The notes under the pieces: generated by a model
Seen by the model: the letters and a program-made list of their open reading frames with translations, nothing else
Told to the model about the DNA's origin: nothing
Database searches by the model: none
Translations under genes and position numbers: made by a program
From: a virus
Taxonomy: Duplodnaviria; Caudoviricetes
Length of the DNA stretch: 27,466 nucleotides
Virus record (IMG/VR): IMGVR_UViG_3300020374_000027
Location: 1 to 27,466 of that record
Strand: one strand, 5' to 3'
In this document: positions 26,268-27,466 of the stretch, one piece after another
Layout of the letters: each line of letters opens with the position of its first letter
Numbering within the stretch: position 1 is the first letter of the stretch

Positions 26268-26273
26268 CTACTA

Positions 26274-27466
26274 TTATTGGTAAAATGAAAGTGCTTTTAT
26301 TCTGTCTAATTCTGGATTAGATTCAGCTTCTTGCTTGTCTTCTGGACGTCTTAGTTTCTTAAAATTTTTAGAAAGATATTGCATTGCTGTTTTTGCGTCA
26401 CCAGTTTTGAACACAGATTTGCCATCTTTATCTAAAACATCGTGCACCATTTTGCCATCATCACCTTTATACATTGACACATAAGGTTTTATGTCTTCAA
26501 AAGTTAGGCCTTCTAGTTGATTCTCCGTTTTGTCTGTGTATCTTTTATCACCAGCTTGCATTCTTTGAAACGCAGGAGTATTAAGGTCTTTGTCTGCTTT
26601 AGAAACTGACATTGGTTTCATTGTTGCTAGATAACCTTCTTGATCACCATAAACTTTTTTGAATGTTTCTGGATCATGATCTGCTAATTTTTTCATTACA
26701 AACTCTCTTGGTGAAGTGTCTTGCTTGTAAAGATATTTCCCAAATTCATCAAGATCGCCTGCATCCAGTAAGTCTGCGGATTTTTTGAATACTTCAGCAT
26801 CCATTGACTCTGGATCATCCATACCTGCTTTACGAATCATTCTTGATGCAAGTGTAGATCCTTTATCTTCTTCAACTTTGTCAATATTTTCAACCCATGA
26901 TTCAAATTGTTCTGTTTCTTTTGCTTTGCCTTTAATATCCTTTTTAGGATTATAATCTGCAGGATCCATTCTTATTTCATCAGCAAAGCCAGGATCTTTT
27001 TGCATTTTCTTGTAGTCATCAATATACCTTTTGGCAAGTTGAATTGCAATTTTTTTATTTTTAATGTAGTCCGGTGTTGGTTTGAAAGCGGCAGACTTTT
27101 CTTGGTCCAGTCCATCTGCTACTCTAGATGCAAAGTTAGCTATTCGATCCTCTTCGCCTGATTTAGTTAACATTCTTTCTGCTATGTCAGACATAATTGA
27201 ACTTAACATTGTGTTTTTGTCTTTGAATTTTGTAACTGTCAAAAGTTTATCTGCTGATGCATCTTTACGTAGTACTAATTTGTTGTCTGGATCTGTTAAG
27301 AAACTTGTGACAATACCACCGTGGTCAACCGGTGGTTCAATTGGTGCATCAATTGGTTCATCACCTGGTTCAAGTTCGTTCACTTGATCTTCTTCTTTAG
27401 GTGCCTCTAGTTCGCTCATAATTTTGTGTATGATTGGTAATGCTTCTTCTACTCTTGAATCTAAGT
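26274..27466 (-). CDS. Large charged hypothetical protein, C-terminal part (possible head-associated protein)
   Basis: Frame remains open upstream of the track's Met (LDSRVEEALPIIHKIM) to the window edge; D/E/K-rich; ends ESNPELDRIKALSFYQ. Confidence 0.7.
   Translation of the reverse strand, partial: LDSRVEEALPIIHKIMSELEAPKEEDQVNELEPGDEPIDAPIEPPVDHGGIVTSFLTDPDNKLVLRKDASADKLLTVTKFKDKNTMLSSIMSDIAERMLTKSGEEDRIANFASRVADGLDQEKSAAFKPTPDYIKNKKIAIQLAKRYIDDYKKMQKDPGFADEIRMDPADYNPKKDIKGKAKETEQFESWVENIDKVEEDKGSTLASRMIRKAGMDDPESMDAEVFKKSADLLDAGDLDEFGKYLYKQDTSPREFVMKKLADHDPETFKKVYGDQEGYLATMKPMSVSKADKDLNTPAFQRMQAGDKRYTDKTENQLEGLTFEDIKPYVSMYKGDDGKMVHDVLDKDGKSVFKTGDAKTAMQYLSKNFKKLRRPEDKQEAESNPELDRIKALSFYQ

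Noticed and set aside
359-27387. Many 60-120 aa ORFs in the track antisense to or nested in long genes (e.g. 359-601, 8863-9228, 9554-9892, 18575-18910, 27082-27387)
   Set aside because: They lie opposite or within motif-bearing genes and show the F/L/I/S-rich composition of shadow frames.
1-27466. Stop-codon reassignment as seen in some large phages
   Set aside because: Genes are full length under code 11, and TAA, TAG and TGA each end genes at tight junctions.
1-27466. CRISPR arrays, tRNAs, long tandem repeats, transposases, homing endonucleases
   Set aside because: No intergenic gap exceeds ~100 bp and none of these patterns was seen by eye.

Overview
AT-rich, densely coding segment of a large T4-like (probably jumbo) myophage genome. 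A DNA replication/recombination module (gp41 helicase N-terminus, primase, clamp-loader small subunit, UvsW, UvsY, UvsX, gp32, HAD nucleotidase) is interrupted by a ~14 kb island of 16 glycan synthesis/decoration genes (8452-22793). The island holds four KpsS/KpsC-like GT-B paralogues, a CstII/Maf-like transferase, GT61, GT2, GT8-like and GT-A transferases, an AsnB amidotransferase, two FkbM methyltransferases, two SGNH-fold proteins, an intact and a degenerate 2OG-Fe(II) oxygenase, and an NDP-sugar epimerase. The most unusual items are a 203-aa DnaE fragment that starts exactly at the catalytic MPDxDxD motif (apparently half of a split, minimised C-family polymerase), a free-standing Hint-like protein without splicing residues, a zinc-finger protein with possible gp59 similarity, a perfect sigma70 promoter with its -35 box inside an inverted repeat, and probable leaderless transcripts. 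All calls come from motif recognition by eye; no searches were run. No tRNA, rRNA, CRISPR array or mobile element was seen.
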